This document shows positions 31,999 to 43,633 of a stretch of 64,000 nt of DNA, piece by piece. The first letter of the stretch is position 1, and each line of letters opens with the position of its first letter. Below the pieces are notes generated by a model. That model saw only the letters and a program-made list of their open reading frames with translations, did not search any database and was not told the DNA's origin. The DNA lies in NCBI GenBank assembly GCA_963826785.1, contig CAWGYD010000008.1, positions 160,001 to 224,000 on the forward strand, read 5' to 3'. The translations under genes and the position numbers were made by a program. Origin of the DNA: an uncultured delta proteobacterium. Its GTDB lineage: Bacteria > Desulfobacterota > Desulfobacteria > Desulfobacterales > Desulfosalsimonadaceae.

Positions 31999-33117
31999 AT
32001 GAAGAAATTTTTCACATCCTTTATCATTGTGCCGTTCATGCTGATGTCCATGTTTTTTTCTTCAGACGCATACGGCATCTCCGTCATATCCAAGAATCCC
32101 TATCTCGGCGCCGTGGTGGTGGATGCGGCCACCGGCAGGGTTCTTTTCGAGGACAACGCCGATGTTCGCGCATACCCGGCCAGCATGATCAAGCTCATGG
32201 ATCTGCTGATCATCCTCGAGGCGGTTCAGTACGGGCATTTGACCTTAAACGACCAGGTGACCGTCACCGCCAAGTCCGCCCGGATCGGCGGCTCCCAGGT
32301 GTATCTGAAAGAGCACGAAGTCTTCACGGTGGATGAACTCTTAAACGCGCTGATCATCCAGTCCGCAAATGATGCGGCCACTGCGCTCGCCCTTCATTAC
32401 GCCGGCACCACCGCGGCGTTCGTGGATCTCATGAACAAGCGGGCACAGGAACTGGGCATGAAGGACACGGAGTTTCATTCGGTGCACGGGCTGCCTCCCG
32501 GAAAAGGCGACAGCCCGGATATCGCCACCCCGCGCGACATGGCCCTCCTCTGCCGTGAAGTGCTCAAGCACCCCGAAGCGCTGAAATACACTTCCACCAA
32601 GGTCTGCGAATTCCGGCCGGACGCGGAGCAGCCCTTCATCATGCGCACCCACAACCACCTGCTGGCCAGTTTCGAGGGATGCGACGGGCTGAAAACCGGA
32701 TACTTCTCCGCCGGTGGCTATTCCATCGCGGCCACCGCCCAGAAGAACGGTCTGCGCGCCATTGCCGTGGTCATGGGCAGTAAGGACTACAAGACACGGG
32801 ACCGCAACGCCCGGGAAATCCTTTCCAAGGGCCTGATGGAAATGCTCATGGCATCCACGCCGGCAGCTCCGGCCGTTGAAGCGAAAACCGCCCCGGAAGC
32901 CCGGATCACTACCGCCTCGAGCACGGCGCAGGAGGAGGTGGATGAAGCAATTTTTGAAGAGGGCTCAGCGCCGGAAACGCCGGAAAGCGATGTCATCACC
33001 ATCACCATCAAAAAGAGCAACATCAAAATGACCCTGGGGCTGGCCGGCGGCATTTTCCTCCTGTTTGGCCTCTTTTTCCATTTCAAGAACAACAGGCGCA
33101 GAAGAAGAAAATACTGA
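31999..33117 (+). CDS. D-alanyl-D-alanine carboxypeptidase (peptidase S11)
   Basis: SMIK, SAN and KTG motifs, signal peptide and C-terminal TM anchor. Confidence 0.92.
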   Translation: MKKFFTSFIIVPFMLMSMFFSSDAYGISVISKNPYLGAVVVDAATGRVLFEDNADVRAYPASMIKLMDLLIILEAVQYGHLTLNDQVTVTAKSARIGGSQVYLKEHEVFTVDELLNALIIQSANDAATALALHYAGTTAAFVDLMNKRAQELGMKDTEFHSVHGLPPGKGDSPDIATPRDMALLCREVLKHPEALKYTSTKVCEFRPDAEQPFIMRTHNHLLASFEGCDGLKTGYFSAGGYSIAATAQKNGLRAIAVVMGSKDYKTRDRNAREILSKGLMEMLMASTPAAPAVEAKTAPEARITTASSTAQEEVDEAIFEEGSAPETPESDVITITIKKSNIKMTLGLAGGIFLLFGLFFHFKNNRRRRRKY

Positions 33118-33361
33118 TCCCTGCCCGTTTGCTGCGGGTATGCGGACACACGATGAAAATCCCGCATACCCGCCCGTTTCCCTCACCTGCTCCGTATCTG
33201 CCCCATATCCTGAATTGACATTTTCGACGATTTCTGCCATCGTCCATTAAGTCCATCCCTCCCGTTCTCCGTTCTTTTTTCGAACAGATGATTCGGTCCT
33301 TTGAGAACGACCCGACGGCAGGGAGTATTTCCGATCCCCCCTTTGTACAAGGTTTTTGCAA

Positions 33362-34538
33362 TTGGCTGATGAAGGATACGATGAACTGATCACCCGGGTC
33401 AGGAAGCTCGAAGAAGAATTATCCGATTGCCGGCGCGATTATGAAGATCTTCAGGAAAACGGGAATACAAGCGCTTCGGGATGCGGATATCAAATACCGA
33501 ATCGTCGCCGAGAACACCTATGACTGGGAATGGTGGCGTGACCCGAAGGGCGACTTCATCTATATTTCCCCTTCCTGCGAGCGGATTACCCACCACCCCG
33601 CAGCGGAATTTTTCAATGATCCGGACCTGCTTTACAACATCATCCATCCGGATGACAAATCCGCCTTTTTCAAACATCACATCAGTATCGAACAGCAGCT
33701 TTTTTCCGGCGAGATCGAATTCCGGATTGTTCGACCGGACGGCACTTTCAGGTGGATTGGACATGCCTGCCAACCCGTATTCGACCGCAAGGGCAGGTTT
33801 ATGGGACGCAGGGGCAGCAACCGGGATATTACGGATCGAAAAAGGGCGGAAGAGAAGCTGAAGGAATCCCAAAACCAGCTTCGCCATCTTTCCTCCCGGC
33901 TGCTGACGGCCCAGGAAACAGAGCGGAGACGGATTTCGAGGGAACTCCACGATGACCTGGGCGGCGCGCTGTCTTTGCTGAAACTTCGCTGCAGCCTCAT
34001 CGAAAAGAAGCTGGCAATCGGCCTTCGGGAAGAATGCCGGCAGAATCTTGCGTTTATCGATCAGATCATCGACAGTGTGCATCGCCTCTCCCGGGATTTG
34101 AGCCCGTCCATCATCGAAGATCTCGGCCTTATGCCCGCTATCCGCTGGCTGGTCGACAATTTCGCCACGCATCACCAGATCAAAGTCATATACGATATCT
34201 CCGATGTCGGTTCACTGCTGGCAAAAGAGGACCATGTTCACGTGTACCGGATCTTCCAGGAGGTCCTGACCAATCTCGGCAAGCATGCCCGGGCGAAAAC
34301 GGTGATCGTCAAAATTTCAGAAAACGATGAAGCCGTCTCTTTCTGCGTGGAAGACGACGGCGTGGGCTTCGATATGGAGGCGGTCTCCATGCGGCCAATT
34401 TCGGAAAAAGGACTGGGATTGGCCACCATGGATGAGCGGGCGAGGATGCTCGGCGGCTCGCTTGAGATTTCCAGCCCCGAAGGAAAGGGCACCCGGATGA
34501 CGCTTCGCATTCCCAGGAAAAAGGATCGCCACGGTTGA
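33362..34538 (+). CDS. PAS/PAC sensor histidine kinase (HisKA_3), apparent frameshift near 33460
   Basis: ERRRISRELHDDLG, DDGVGF and GLGL motifs. An N-terminal coiled coil (YDELITRVRKLEEEL) is encoded in another frame from TTG 33362. Confidence 0.88.
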
Positions 34539-35176
34539 AAGTTTATCAGATTGTCATCGCAGATGATCATGCCCTGTTCCGGCACGGCTTGAAAGGGCTT
34601 TTAGACGGGGCCTCCGATCTGCAGGTCATCGGTGAGGCCGGAGATGGTTTTGAACTGATCCGCTTGCTGAAATCAAGTAAGAACAGCCCCAACCTGATCA
34701 TCCTCGATATCTCCATGCCGAACCTGCGGGGAATTGAAGCGATCCAGGAGATCAAGACGCTTCACCCGACGACCAAGATCATGATCGTCACCATGCACAG
34801 CGACAAGGAATATCTTTTCGAAGCACTGGCCGCCGGCATCGACGGGTACTTTCTGAAAAAGGATGCCGGCGATGAACTCTTGTCGGCAATTGACAAAATT
34901 CGGAAAGGCAAAGTCTATATATCCCCCCAGCTGTCATTTTCACTGGAGGACGGTTGGAATCAGATGCGGCAGGTGATGAAAAAATCGGTAGTGACCCCCA
35001 GGGAAAAAGAGGTCCTCAAGATGATTGCCGAAGGAAGAGCCAACAAGGAAATCGCCGATCTGATGTTTATCAGCGTCCATACGGTCGAGCGGCACCGCGC
35101 CAATATCATGAAAAAACTGGATCTGAAAAATACGGCCGATCTGGTGAAGTACGCCATCCAGAAAGGATACGTCTGA
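34535..35176 (+). CDS. NarL/LuxR family response regulator
   Basis: ADDH, LDISMP, and HTH TPREKEVL...TVERHRANIM.KL. Confidence 0.95.
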   Translation: MKVYQIVIADDHALFRHGLKGLLDGASDLQVIGEAGDGFELIRLLKSSKNSPNLIILDISMPNLRGIEAIQEIKTLHPTTKIMIVTMHSDKEYLFEALAAGIDGYFLKKDAGDELLSAIDKIRKGKVYISPQLSFSLEDGWNQMRQVMKKSVVTPREKEVLKMIAEGRANKEIADLMFISVHTVERHRANIMKKLDLKNTADLVKYAIQKGYV

Positions 35177-35363
35177 TCCGGTGAAAGCCTCTTTCTTAAA
35201 ATATCACCATCGAGTGATATGCTGTTTCAGACACGGTCCCGCTGATGCACGTACATAGTTTCTACCATATCGCCTGCATGGCTCATGTGGTGAATTAATA
35301 TAACCAAATCAGCCATATAGATCAATGGTCGATACATTAACCCAGCGTTTCCCGGGAGATGAA

Positions 35364-35792
35364 GTGGCCGAAAAAACCCCGTTTCGAATCGTGATTGCCG
35401 ATGACCACGCGATGTTTCGCCACGGCATGAAGTGGATTCTTGAAAAAGAATGCCGGGCGGAGGTGATCGGAGAGGCATCCGACGGCCAGGAATGCCTCGA
35501 TCTGCTGGATCGCCTCCAGCCCTCGCCCCATCTGGTCATCCTCGATATTTCCATGCCGAGGATGGGCGGAATCGAGGCGGCTGTCCGCATCAGGAAAACC
35601 CAACCGGAGATCAAGATCCTGATCCTGAGCATGCACAAAGAGCGTGCATACGTGGAAAAAGCCCTGGATTCAGGGGCGGACGGATATCTTCTCAAAACGG
35701 ATACGGGCGATGAAATGGCCCATGCCGTCAAAACGCTTCAGCAGGGAAAAATCTACATTTCCCCATCCATTCCCTTTCCGCCCAAATCCTGA
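35364..35792 (+). CDS. receiver-only response regulator (NarL-type receiver)
   Basis: ADDH, LDISMP, SMH and GYLLK; ends shortly after YISP with no HTH. GTG start chosen from the GGAG RBS and alignment to the 40908 paralogue. Confidence 0.85.
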   Translation: MAEKTPFRIVIADDHAMFRHGMKWILEKECRAEVIGEASDGQECLDLLDRLQPSPHLVILDISMPRMGGIEAAVRIRKTQPEIKILILSMHKERAYVEKALDSGADGYLLKTDTGDEMAHAVKTLQQGKIYISPSIPFPPKS

Positions 35793-36202
35793 CTTCACGG
35801 TGCTTAAATCCAATCAGGCACTCCGTGCCGCCGCCGTTTCAAAATCCCATTATCAAGCCAATTTTTCGGCCTGCGCCTTTGTCCCGAACCTGATCCGGTG
35901 TTTTTTCAAACCCCTCCTACATACATTTAACCATATCAAAATAGTCGATTCATCGGATTGTTCTGATACCCCGTTCTGCCGCATATTCATCTCACGATCA
36001 TCGTTATCATAAAGCCATAAGATTTGTTTTCATCCGGCCGGCGCCATTCGCGGCCTGTTAGCGGATTGAACAGGGAGGGCAGGTCCGGGATTCATCAACA
36101 ATTATTTGGAGAAGGAGGCGATCCGGTCAAAAAAATGTTCCAGGCGCATTTACTCACTTTTAAAAAAATTGAATTGAATTTTAAAAAATAGGAAGGTCAC
36201 GC

Positions 36203-39200
36203 ATGCAAAAGGTCAAATTATCAAGTTATTTTTTGGTTTTGGCTTTTGCTGTTTTTGCCTTGGCCCTGGGCGTCGACCAGGCCGGTGCGAAAAAAGCATT
36301 GAACGACAATACGAATCTCACAGACAAGGCCCTTAAACATCACGGGAAGGTCACCACAACAGAACAAAAGACCGCTGCCGCCACGTTCCAGATGCAATAT
36401 CAGCCCGCTTTAATGGCCGGGGCCGCCGCTCCGGCAGCCCCGGATCCAGGCGGTATTCCGCATTATTTCGGTCCCTATCCAAACTGGGCCAACAGCCCCA
36501 TGCCCACGGGCGCGGTCGGCAGCGTCACCTTGATTGATCCGGGCGCCGGTTATACCGCCCCGATCGTTACCATTACCGATCTTTACGATTCCGCGGGGGC
36601 AGATGGCGCCACGGCAGCAGCCGTTATTGATCCGGTCTCCGGCGCGATTACCGATATTGTTCTTTTAAGCGGCGGCGCCGGCTATACCGCCCCCATCGTT
36701 ACCATTACTGACGACACCGGCGCGGGCGCTTCCGCCGCGGCCGCATTGGATCTGACAAGCCTCACCGGAGGCATCCGGAAATTCATGGACGCCCTGCCCG
36801 GCCTGACATCTTCCCAAGCCAACCTGCTCGGACAGTACATCCCCGTCGCAGTCGCCGATACCACATCATATTCTGCAGGCGGCGCCGGCTATACATCAGC
36901 ACCGACGGTGGCCATCACCGATGCCACCGGCACCGGTGCGACCGCCATCGCGACTTTGAACGGCGATAAAGTGATCAGTGTCGAAGTCACCAATGCCGGC
37001 AGCAACTATTCTCAAAACCCGCTGGTCGTCTTTTCCGGCGGCGGCGCCGCATCCCAGGCCGTGGCCATTGCCACCGTGGATCCCACAACCAAAACCGTTA
37101 CCGATGTGACCCTGACCGGCGCCGACTACTATGAAATCGGGGTCGTCGATTTTAACGAAAAGATGCATACGGACCTGCCGCCCACGCGAATCCGGGGATA
37201 TGTGCAGATAGCCACGCCAGTGGTGCCGGGTTCCCACATTGCGCTGACCGACCCGAACGGCAATCCCGTAACGCTGCCCGACGGATCGCAGGCATATGCC
37301 GTGGATAATCCCCACTACATGGGGCCGGTCATCGTCTCCAGGCGCAACGTGCCGGTGCGGGTGAAATTTTACAACCTGCTCCCCACGGGTGCCGGCGGCA
37401 ACCTGTTCCTTCCGGTGGACAAGACGGCCATGGGGGCGGGAACAGGCCCCCTCGGCGGAACTGAGACGTACACCGAAAATCGCACCGTCAGCCATCTGCA
37501 TGGCAACAACGGCGTCTGGATCAGCGATGGCACCCCCAACCAGTGGATCACGCCGGCCGGCGAGTCCACTTCTTATCCCAAGGGTGTGAGCGTGCGGAAC
37601 GTTCCCGATATGCCCGATCCCGGCGATGGTGCGGTAACACTGTATTACACCAACGCGCAGAGCGCCCGCCTGGAGTTCTACCACGACCATGCACTGGCCA
37701 TCACCCGCCTCAACGTCTATGCCGGTGAAGCCGCACCCTACCTGATCACCGATGACGTCGAGGAAGATCTCATCAACGGCACCAACTACACCGGCGTCAA
37801 CCCCGGCGGACTCAACGTGCTGCCCGACATCGGCATTCCCCTGGTCATTCAGGACAAGGGATTTGTGGATGCAAGCACAATTTCCTATCAGGACCCCACC
37901 TGGAACTCGGGCACCACCGCCCCGGCCCCCAATACCGGCGACCTCTGGTACCCGCATGTCTACATGCCGGCCCAGAATCCGTGGGACCCGTCCGGAATCA
38001 ATGCGTTCGGCCGCTGGCATTACGCCCCCTGGTTCTGGCCGCCTGCAACGGATCTGATGTATCTGCCGGTGGATAACGAGTATTATGACCCGATCAATGC
38101 GCCCTGGGAGCCGCCGCAGCGGCCCGCCACCCCCAATCCGTCCATGGTGGGCGAGGCCTTCATGGATACCGCGGTGGTCAACGGCACCGCCTACCCGTAC
38201 ATGGAAGTGGAGCCCGAAAGCTTACCGTTTCCGCATCCTGAGCATTGCCAACGACCGGTTTTTCAACCTGCAGTTTTATGTGGCCGATCCCGCCGTGACC
38301 ACCGCCGACGGACGGACCCATACCGAAGTCAAAACGATTCCCTCCGCGGGGATGACAGGTCTCCCGGCTGACTGGGCGGCCGGCGTGCCCGATCCGACCA
38401 CCAAGGGCCCGGACTGGATTCAGATCGGCACCGAAGGCGGCTTTATCCCGGCCCCGGTGGTGATCCCCTCACAGCCCATCACCTGGAACATGGACCAGAC
38501 CGCATTTAACTTCGGCAATATGGATCAGCATTCGCTTCTTGCTGGGACCGGCTGAGCGGGCGGATGTCATCGTGGACTTCTCCCAGTTTGCCGGAAAGAC
38601 GATCATCCTTTACAATGATGCGCCCGCGGCTTTCCCCGCATACGACGCGCACTATGACTATTTCACCGGGGACCCGGACAACACCGATATCGGCGGCGCC
38701 CCGACCACCCAGGCCGGATTCGGCCCCAATACCCGCACCCTTATGCAGATCAGGGTCGGCACCGATGTGACCACGCCCACTGCAGATGTGACGCTTGCCA
38801 ACCTGCAGACCGTGTTTGCCAAGACTGCGGCGAAGCAGGGGGTTTTTGAGGCGTCCCAGGACCCCATCATCATGCCCCAGGCGGATTACAACACCGCGTA
38901 CAATGCGAGTTTCCCCAGCAGCCCGACAACGGCTTATGTGCAGCTCAGCAATTTCCAGAAAAGCTTTCAGCCGATCGATTCATTCGGCAATTTTTTGAGC
39001 CCGGTGACGCTTCCCCTGCAGGCTAAAGCCATCCAGGATGAAATGGGGGAGGCTTACGACAATGAATATGGACGGATGAGCGGGATGCTCGGGCTGGAAC
39101 TGCCGGTGACGAACTCCACTACCCAGCAGTTCATGCTCTATCCATTCATGTCCCCGCCCGTCGACCTCATCAAGGGTTCGATGTACGCCGACCCCGTCGG

Positions 39201-40689
39201 TTCGTTAGCGGACGGCACCCAGATCTGGAAAATCACCCACAACGGGGTGGACACCCACGTAATCCACACCCATCTGTTCAACGTGCAGATGGTCAACCGG
39301 GTCGCATGGGACGGTGCACTCATTCCGCCCGATGCCAACGAGCTGGGCTGGAAGGAAAGCTTCCGGGTCAATCCGCTGGAGCACACCATCGTTGCCCTGC
39401 GGCCCCTGCTGCCCAATGCGCCTTTCCAGGTTCCCAACAGCATCCGTATGATCGATCCGACCAAACCGGATGGATACATGCTGATGGGGCCGCCCACGGG
39501 ATTCATGGATCCGCTGGGCAACCCGGTGACCGTCATGAACCACCTGGTCAATTACGGATATGAATACATGGAGCACTGCCACCTGCTGGCCCATGAAGAA
39601 ATGGACATGATGCATGCCATTTCCATCAGCGGCCCGCCGACGGCGCCTTCCGACCTGAGCGCCGCCCTGGTTCGGCAACGGCAAAAAACGCCGGGTCGAC
39701 CTGGCATGGCTGGACAATTCGGTCAATGAAACGGCGTTCGTGATGGAGCGGGCCACCAGCATTGCCGGTCCCTGGGCCGTCTTGGCGACCCTCTCCACAG
39801 ATGGAAACGCGATGGGTCCGATGTTGTATCCGGATGCCATCGGAAACACCAACTTAACCTTCTATTACCGGGTGAAAGCCATCAACGTGGTCGGTGATTC
39901 CGACACTCTCGGTTTCCCCACCATCAATAGCGAATCCGCTTATACTGCACCGGTCAGTTTTTCATCGGCATATCCCGATGAAATCGGCGTTTTTCAAAAT
40001 GGTACATGGTATTTAGACAAAAATGGAAACGGTGTATTCGACAGCGGAGTGGATGCCATGTTCCATTTCGGAATAGCCGGAGACATGCCGATCGCAGGCG
40101 ACTGGAACGGTGACGGATATGACGAAGTAGGCGTCAAACGCGGCAACAGGTGGTATCTGGATTATAATGGCAACGGTACATGGGATGCCGGTGATGTCAC
40201 TATCCCCCGTTTCGGCTTGGCTTCTGATGTTCCCATCGTGGGCGACTGGAACGGTGACGGAAAAGACGATATCGGCGTCAAACGCGGCAACAGGTGGTTC
40301 CTGGATTACAACAACACAGGCGCCTGGGATACCGGCGATATTACCTATAACAACTTCGGGCTGTCTTCTGATCTACCTGTCGCGGGCGATTGGAATGCCG
40401 ACGGGTATGACGAAATCGGCGTCAAACGCGAACCAGGTGGTACCTGGATTACAATGGCACCGGTGCCTGGGATGCCGGTGATGTCACCTATAACAACTTC
40501 GGGCTGTATTCTGATCTACCTGTTGCAGGCGATTGGAATGCCGACGGGTATGACGAAATCGGGGTGAAGCGCGGAAGCAAATGGTTCATGGACTACAATG
40601 GCACAGGGGCCTGGGACTCCGGCGATATCACCTATGCCAGCTTCGGACTGGCTTCTGACCTGCCTGTCGTCAGTAAATGGGCACCCTGA
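36203..40689 (+). CDS. large secreted multicopper oxidase with FN3-like domain and GDWNGDG repeats; four apparent frameshifts
   Basis: Signal peptide; HLHG, YHDH, HVIHTHL and HCHLLAHEEMDMM copper motifs across ORFs 36203, 38085, 38539 and 39740. Frame changes near 38220, 38540, 39675 and 40430. Confidence 0.85.
39975..40680 (+). repeat. ~132-bp coding tandem repeat (about 5 units, FG-GAP-like)
   Basis: Recurring GGCGA(C/T)TGGAA(C/T)G..GACGG and 'cctataacaacttcgggctgt', translating as W(Y/F)LDYN...FG...GDWN.DG.D.IGV. Confidence 0.85.
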
Positions 40690-40907
40690 TAGAAATAGCA
40701 CGGGGGGGTGTGGAGACGCGCCCTCCGGATTCAACTTTATTATAGTTTTCCTCCAGCGGGAACGACTGTAAATGATATATCGTTCCCATATACCCACCGG
40801 GTTCCGACTGGCATGCAGCCAGCCGGAACCCGATGGGGAAAAATTAAAATGACCGTCAAATCGAACTCTCATCTACATCAACCATACCAGGAATCACTAA
40901 AAAGAAG

Positions 40908-41336
40908 ATGGCCAGACAAAAGCCTTACCGCGTTGTGATTGCCGATGATCATGCCATGTTTCGCCAAGATCTGAAATGCATTCTCATCATGGAATGCGAA
41001 GTCGAGGTCGTGGGCGAGGCCTGCGACGGCCAGGAATGCCTTGATCTTCTGGAAGGAATGGACGCTCTTCCCCAATTGGTGATTCTGGACATATCGATGC
41101 CCAGACTCGGCGGCATCGAAACCGCAGCCTCCATCAAGACCGCCCATCCGGAAATCAAGGTGCTAATCCTGAGCATGCACCAAGAAAGCGCCTATGTGGA
41201 AAAAGCATTTTCCTCCGGGGCAAACGGATACCTTCTCAAAAAGGATTCCGGTCCGGAAATAGCGCATGCCGTGGAAAAAATCCGGCAGGGCCAGAATTAT
41301 CTTTCCCCCTCCATTTTTCCTTCTCCGTATTCCTGA
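40908..41336 (+). CDS. receiver-only response regulator (paralogue of 35364)
   Basis: VIADDHAMFR, DGQECLDLL, LDISMPR.GGIE and AYVEKA are shared with 35364; no HTH. Confidence 0.88.
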   Translation: MARQKPYRVVIADDHAMFRQDLKCILIMECEVEVVGEACDGQECLDLLEGMDALPQLVILDISMPRLGGIETAASIKTAHPEIKVLILSMHQESAYVEKAFSSGANGYLLKKDSGPEIAHAVEKIRQGQNYLSPSIFPSPYS

Positions 41337-41396
41337 CGATCCCGTCTGAGCCTGTCTGCATCTGACTTAAAAAGTGATGATGGAATAGGCCTTCAT

Positions 41397-42602
41397 TTAT
41401 TCAAACAACGGCAGATATTTCCCGTACCCTTCCTTCTCCAGATCGGATTTGGGGACAAACCGCAGGGCCGCCGAGTTGAGGCAGTAGCGCAGGCCGGTGG
41501 GCTCGGGGCCGTCATTGAACACGTGCCCCAGATGGGAGTCGGCATGCCTGCTGCGGACTTCGGTTCGGATCATGAAAAAACCCCAGTCCTTTTTTTCAAC
41601 GATATTGTCCGGTTCCAGGGGACGGGTGAAGCTGGGCCAGCCCGTGCCGGACTCGAACTTGTCCTTTGAGCTGAACAGCGGCTCACCCGAGACGATATCC
41701 ACATAGATGCCATCTTCGTGGTTGTCCCAGTAGGCGTTTTTAAACGGGGGCTCAGTCCCCTCTTCCTGGGTCACCTTGTACTGCAGCGGGGTGAGCATCT
41801 CTTTGAGTTTTTCATCATCCGGCTTCTGATAGTTGCTCATGGAGATATTTTCCATATCTGCGGATGCGGCCATATTTTCACCCGGCATGTTCATGCCCAT
41901 CTCCGCAGTGCCGGTTTTTTCCATTGAATCGTTTCTCATCGTTTTTCCGTGCTCCATTTTCATCGGTTCATCGCCCCATGCTTTTTCCAGAAACTGGTCC
42001 CGGCCCGAATTCCACCGGTAGAACTTATAACGGATGGGGTTCTTTTTATAGTAGTCCTGATGGTATTCCTCGGCCGGGTAAAACGGCCCCAGGGGCAGGA
42101 TCTCGGTGACGATGGGTTTGTCGAACACACCGGATGCGGCCAACTCCTTTTTGGAGGCTTCGGCCAGCTGATGCTGATGATCATCGGCATACCAGATGAC
42201 GCTGCGGTATTGAGATCCCCGGTCCACGAACTGCCCCCCCGCGTCCGTGGGGTCGACATGCCGCCAGAAGACATCGAGCAGCTGTTGGTATGAGATCTTT
42301 TCCGGGTCATAATAGACCTTGACCGATTCCACATGCCCGGTCCCGCCGGCGGAAACCTCCTCATAGGAAGGGTTTTCCACATGGCCGCCGGTATAGCCGG
42401 AAATCACTTCAATCACACCATCGGCTTTCTCAAAATCCGACTCGGTGCACCAGAAACACCCGCCGGCAAAAACAGCCGTCCGGGCATTTTCCAGGCCTTT
42501 TTGACTGTCGGAAATTTCCGAAGCATGCGTGCCGGTCCAACCGGAATATCCGAAAAATAAAACCGCCACCATAATGATGATGATAAGCAAGGACTTGTTC
42601 AT
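41397..42602 (-). CDS. msrAB: exported peptide methionine sulfoxide reductase MsrA-MsrB fusion
   Basis: GGCFWC and AEEYHQDYY (MsrA), Met-rich linker, [14 protein letters not shown] and RYCLNS (MsrB); N-terminal signal. Confidence 0.95.
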   Translation of the reverse strand: MNKSLLIIIIMVAVLFFGYSGWTGTHASEISDSQKGLENARTAVFAGGCFWCTESDFEKADGVIEVISGYTGGHVENPSYEEVSAGGTGHVESVKVYYDPEKISYQQLLDVFWRHVDPTDAGGQFVDRGSQYRSVIWYADDHQHQLAEASKKELAASGVFDKPIVTEILPLGPFYPAEEYHQDYYKKNPIRYKFYRWNSGRDQFLEKAWGDEPMKMEHGKTMRNDSMEKTGTAEMGMNMPGENMAASADMENISMSNYQKPDDEKLKEMLTPLQYKVTQEEGTEPPFKNAYWDNHEDGIYVDIVSGEPLFSSKDKFESGTGWPSFTRPLEPDNIVEKKDWGFFMIRTEVRSRHADSHLGHVFNDGPEPTGLRYCLNSAALRFVPKSDLEKEGYGKYLPLFE

Positions 42603-42760
42603 AAAACACCTCCTCTGGTTCTGATCGCAAAATTAACTTCTTTTTAATAAAGGTAAGACCGTTTGAACTAAAAATAAGGAGGCGATTTGAAGAAAGGTAA
42701 AAGGATAGACAAAAAAAACAGTCTGGTTATCCGGAATACTCCAGTCAGAATTCCGGATTC

Positions 42761-42848
42761 AAAGTCCCCCTTTGGAAAAGGGGGATTTAGGGGGATTTGG
42801 CGCCTCCCGGGAGAAATCCCCCCCGCCCCCCTTTTCAAAAGGTGGGAG
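42761..42848. repeat. REP-like palindromic element, family A
   Basis: AAAGTCCCCCTTTGGAAAAGGGGGATTTAGGGGGATTT...AAATCCCCCC; related copies at 49106 and 49177. Confidence 0.8.
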
Positions 42849-42893
42849 AAAAACGAATACTGGATTTTTCGGGATAACCAGAAAAAAACAGAT

Positions 42894-42936
42894 TTGACTT
42901 TAAAGAGTAACACCGTTACTGTAACAGTGTCGTTAA
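42894..42936 (+). promoter_or_regulatory. sigma70 promoter with overlapping palindromic operator (likely TetR site)
   Basis: TTGACT(42894)-N17-TACTGT(42917); palindrome AGTAAC-ACC-GTTACT at 42906-42920, followed by a second GTAACA half-site. Confidence 0.7.
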
Positions 42937-42963
42937 AGATAAACTTCTCACGGAAATCCGACC

Positions 42964-43633
42964 ATGCCCAAAACCCAGCGAAAGCCCGAAGAAATCGAAG
43001 CCGTAAAGGAGCAGATGCTGGATCATGCACTCGAGCTGATCGCCGAATCAGGATACAAAGGCTTCAGCATGCGCAAGCTCTCCGCCCGGCTGGGGATTGC
43101 GGCGAAAACCATTTACAATTATTATGTCAACAAGGATGAGATCTACCTGGTCATCCTGACCCGGGGATTCGAATACCCTTTACGACACCTGCCTGGCCGC
43201 CGGCCGCCCCGCAAAAAACCCCATGGACAGGATCGCCGCCATGAGCCGTGCATTCGTGGACTTCGGCATCGAACACGCAAACCTGTACAACCTGATGTTC
43301 ACCTGGCATGTGCCCAAGTTCAAGGATTACCTGGGCACGCCCATGGAAGGCGCCGCCCAGGTGGAACTGGAAACCGCACTGAAGCTTTCCGAACTGTTCA
43401 TTGACGCCATCAAGGCGTGCGGGCAGGGTTCGGCACCCCTGTCTGATGAGGACGCCCGCTTCCTGATGATCCAGATCTGGGTACAGGGGCACGGGTATGT
43501 GGCAGGTCTCAACAACACCCTGCTCGACTACATGCACGAAGCCCCGCTGACGATCAAGGACCGGCTGGTGGAATCCATGATGCAAAACATCAGGTCCGCT
43601 TTGAAGGCGAACTTTATAAGGAGCATTAGTTGA
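42964..43633 (+). CDS. TetR/AcrR family regulator, apparent +1 frameshift near 43177
   Basis: HTH GFSMRKLSARLGIAAKTIYNYY.NKDE; C-terminal W...HG domain in ORF 43223. Confidence 0.88.

Noticed and set aside
42668..43139. ORFs 42687(+) and 42668(-)
   Set aside because: They run across a REP element and the tetR promoter, and show no protein motif.
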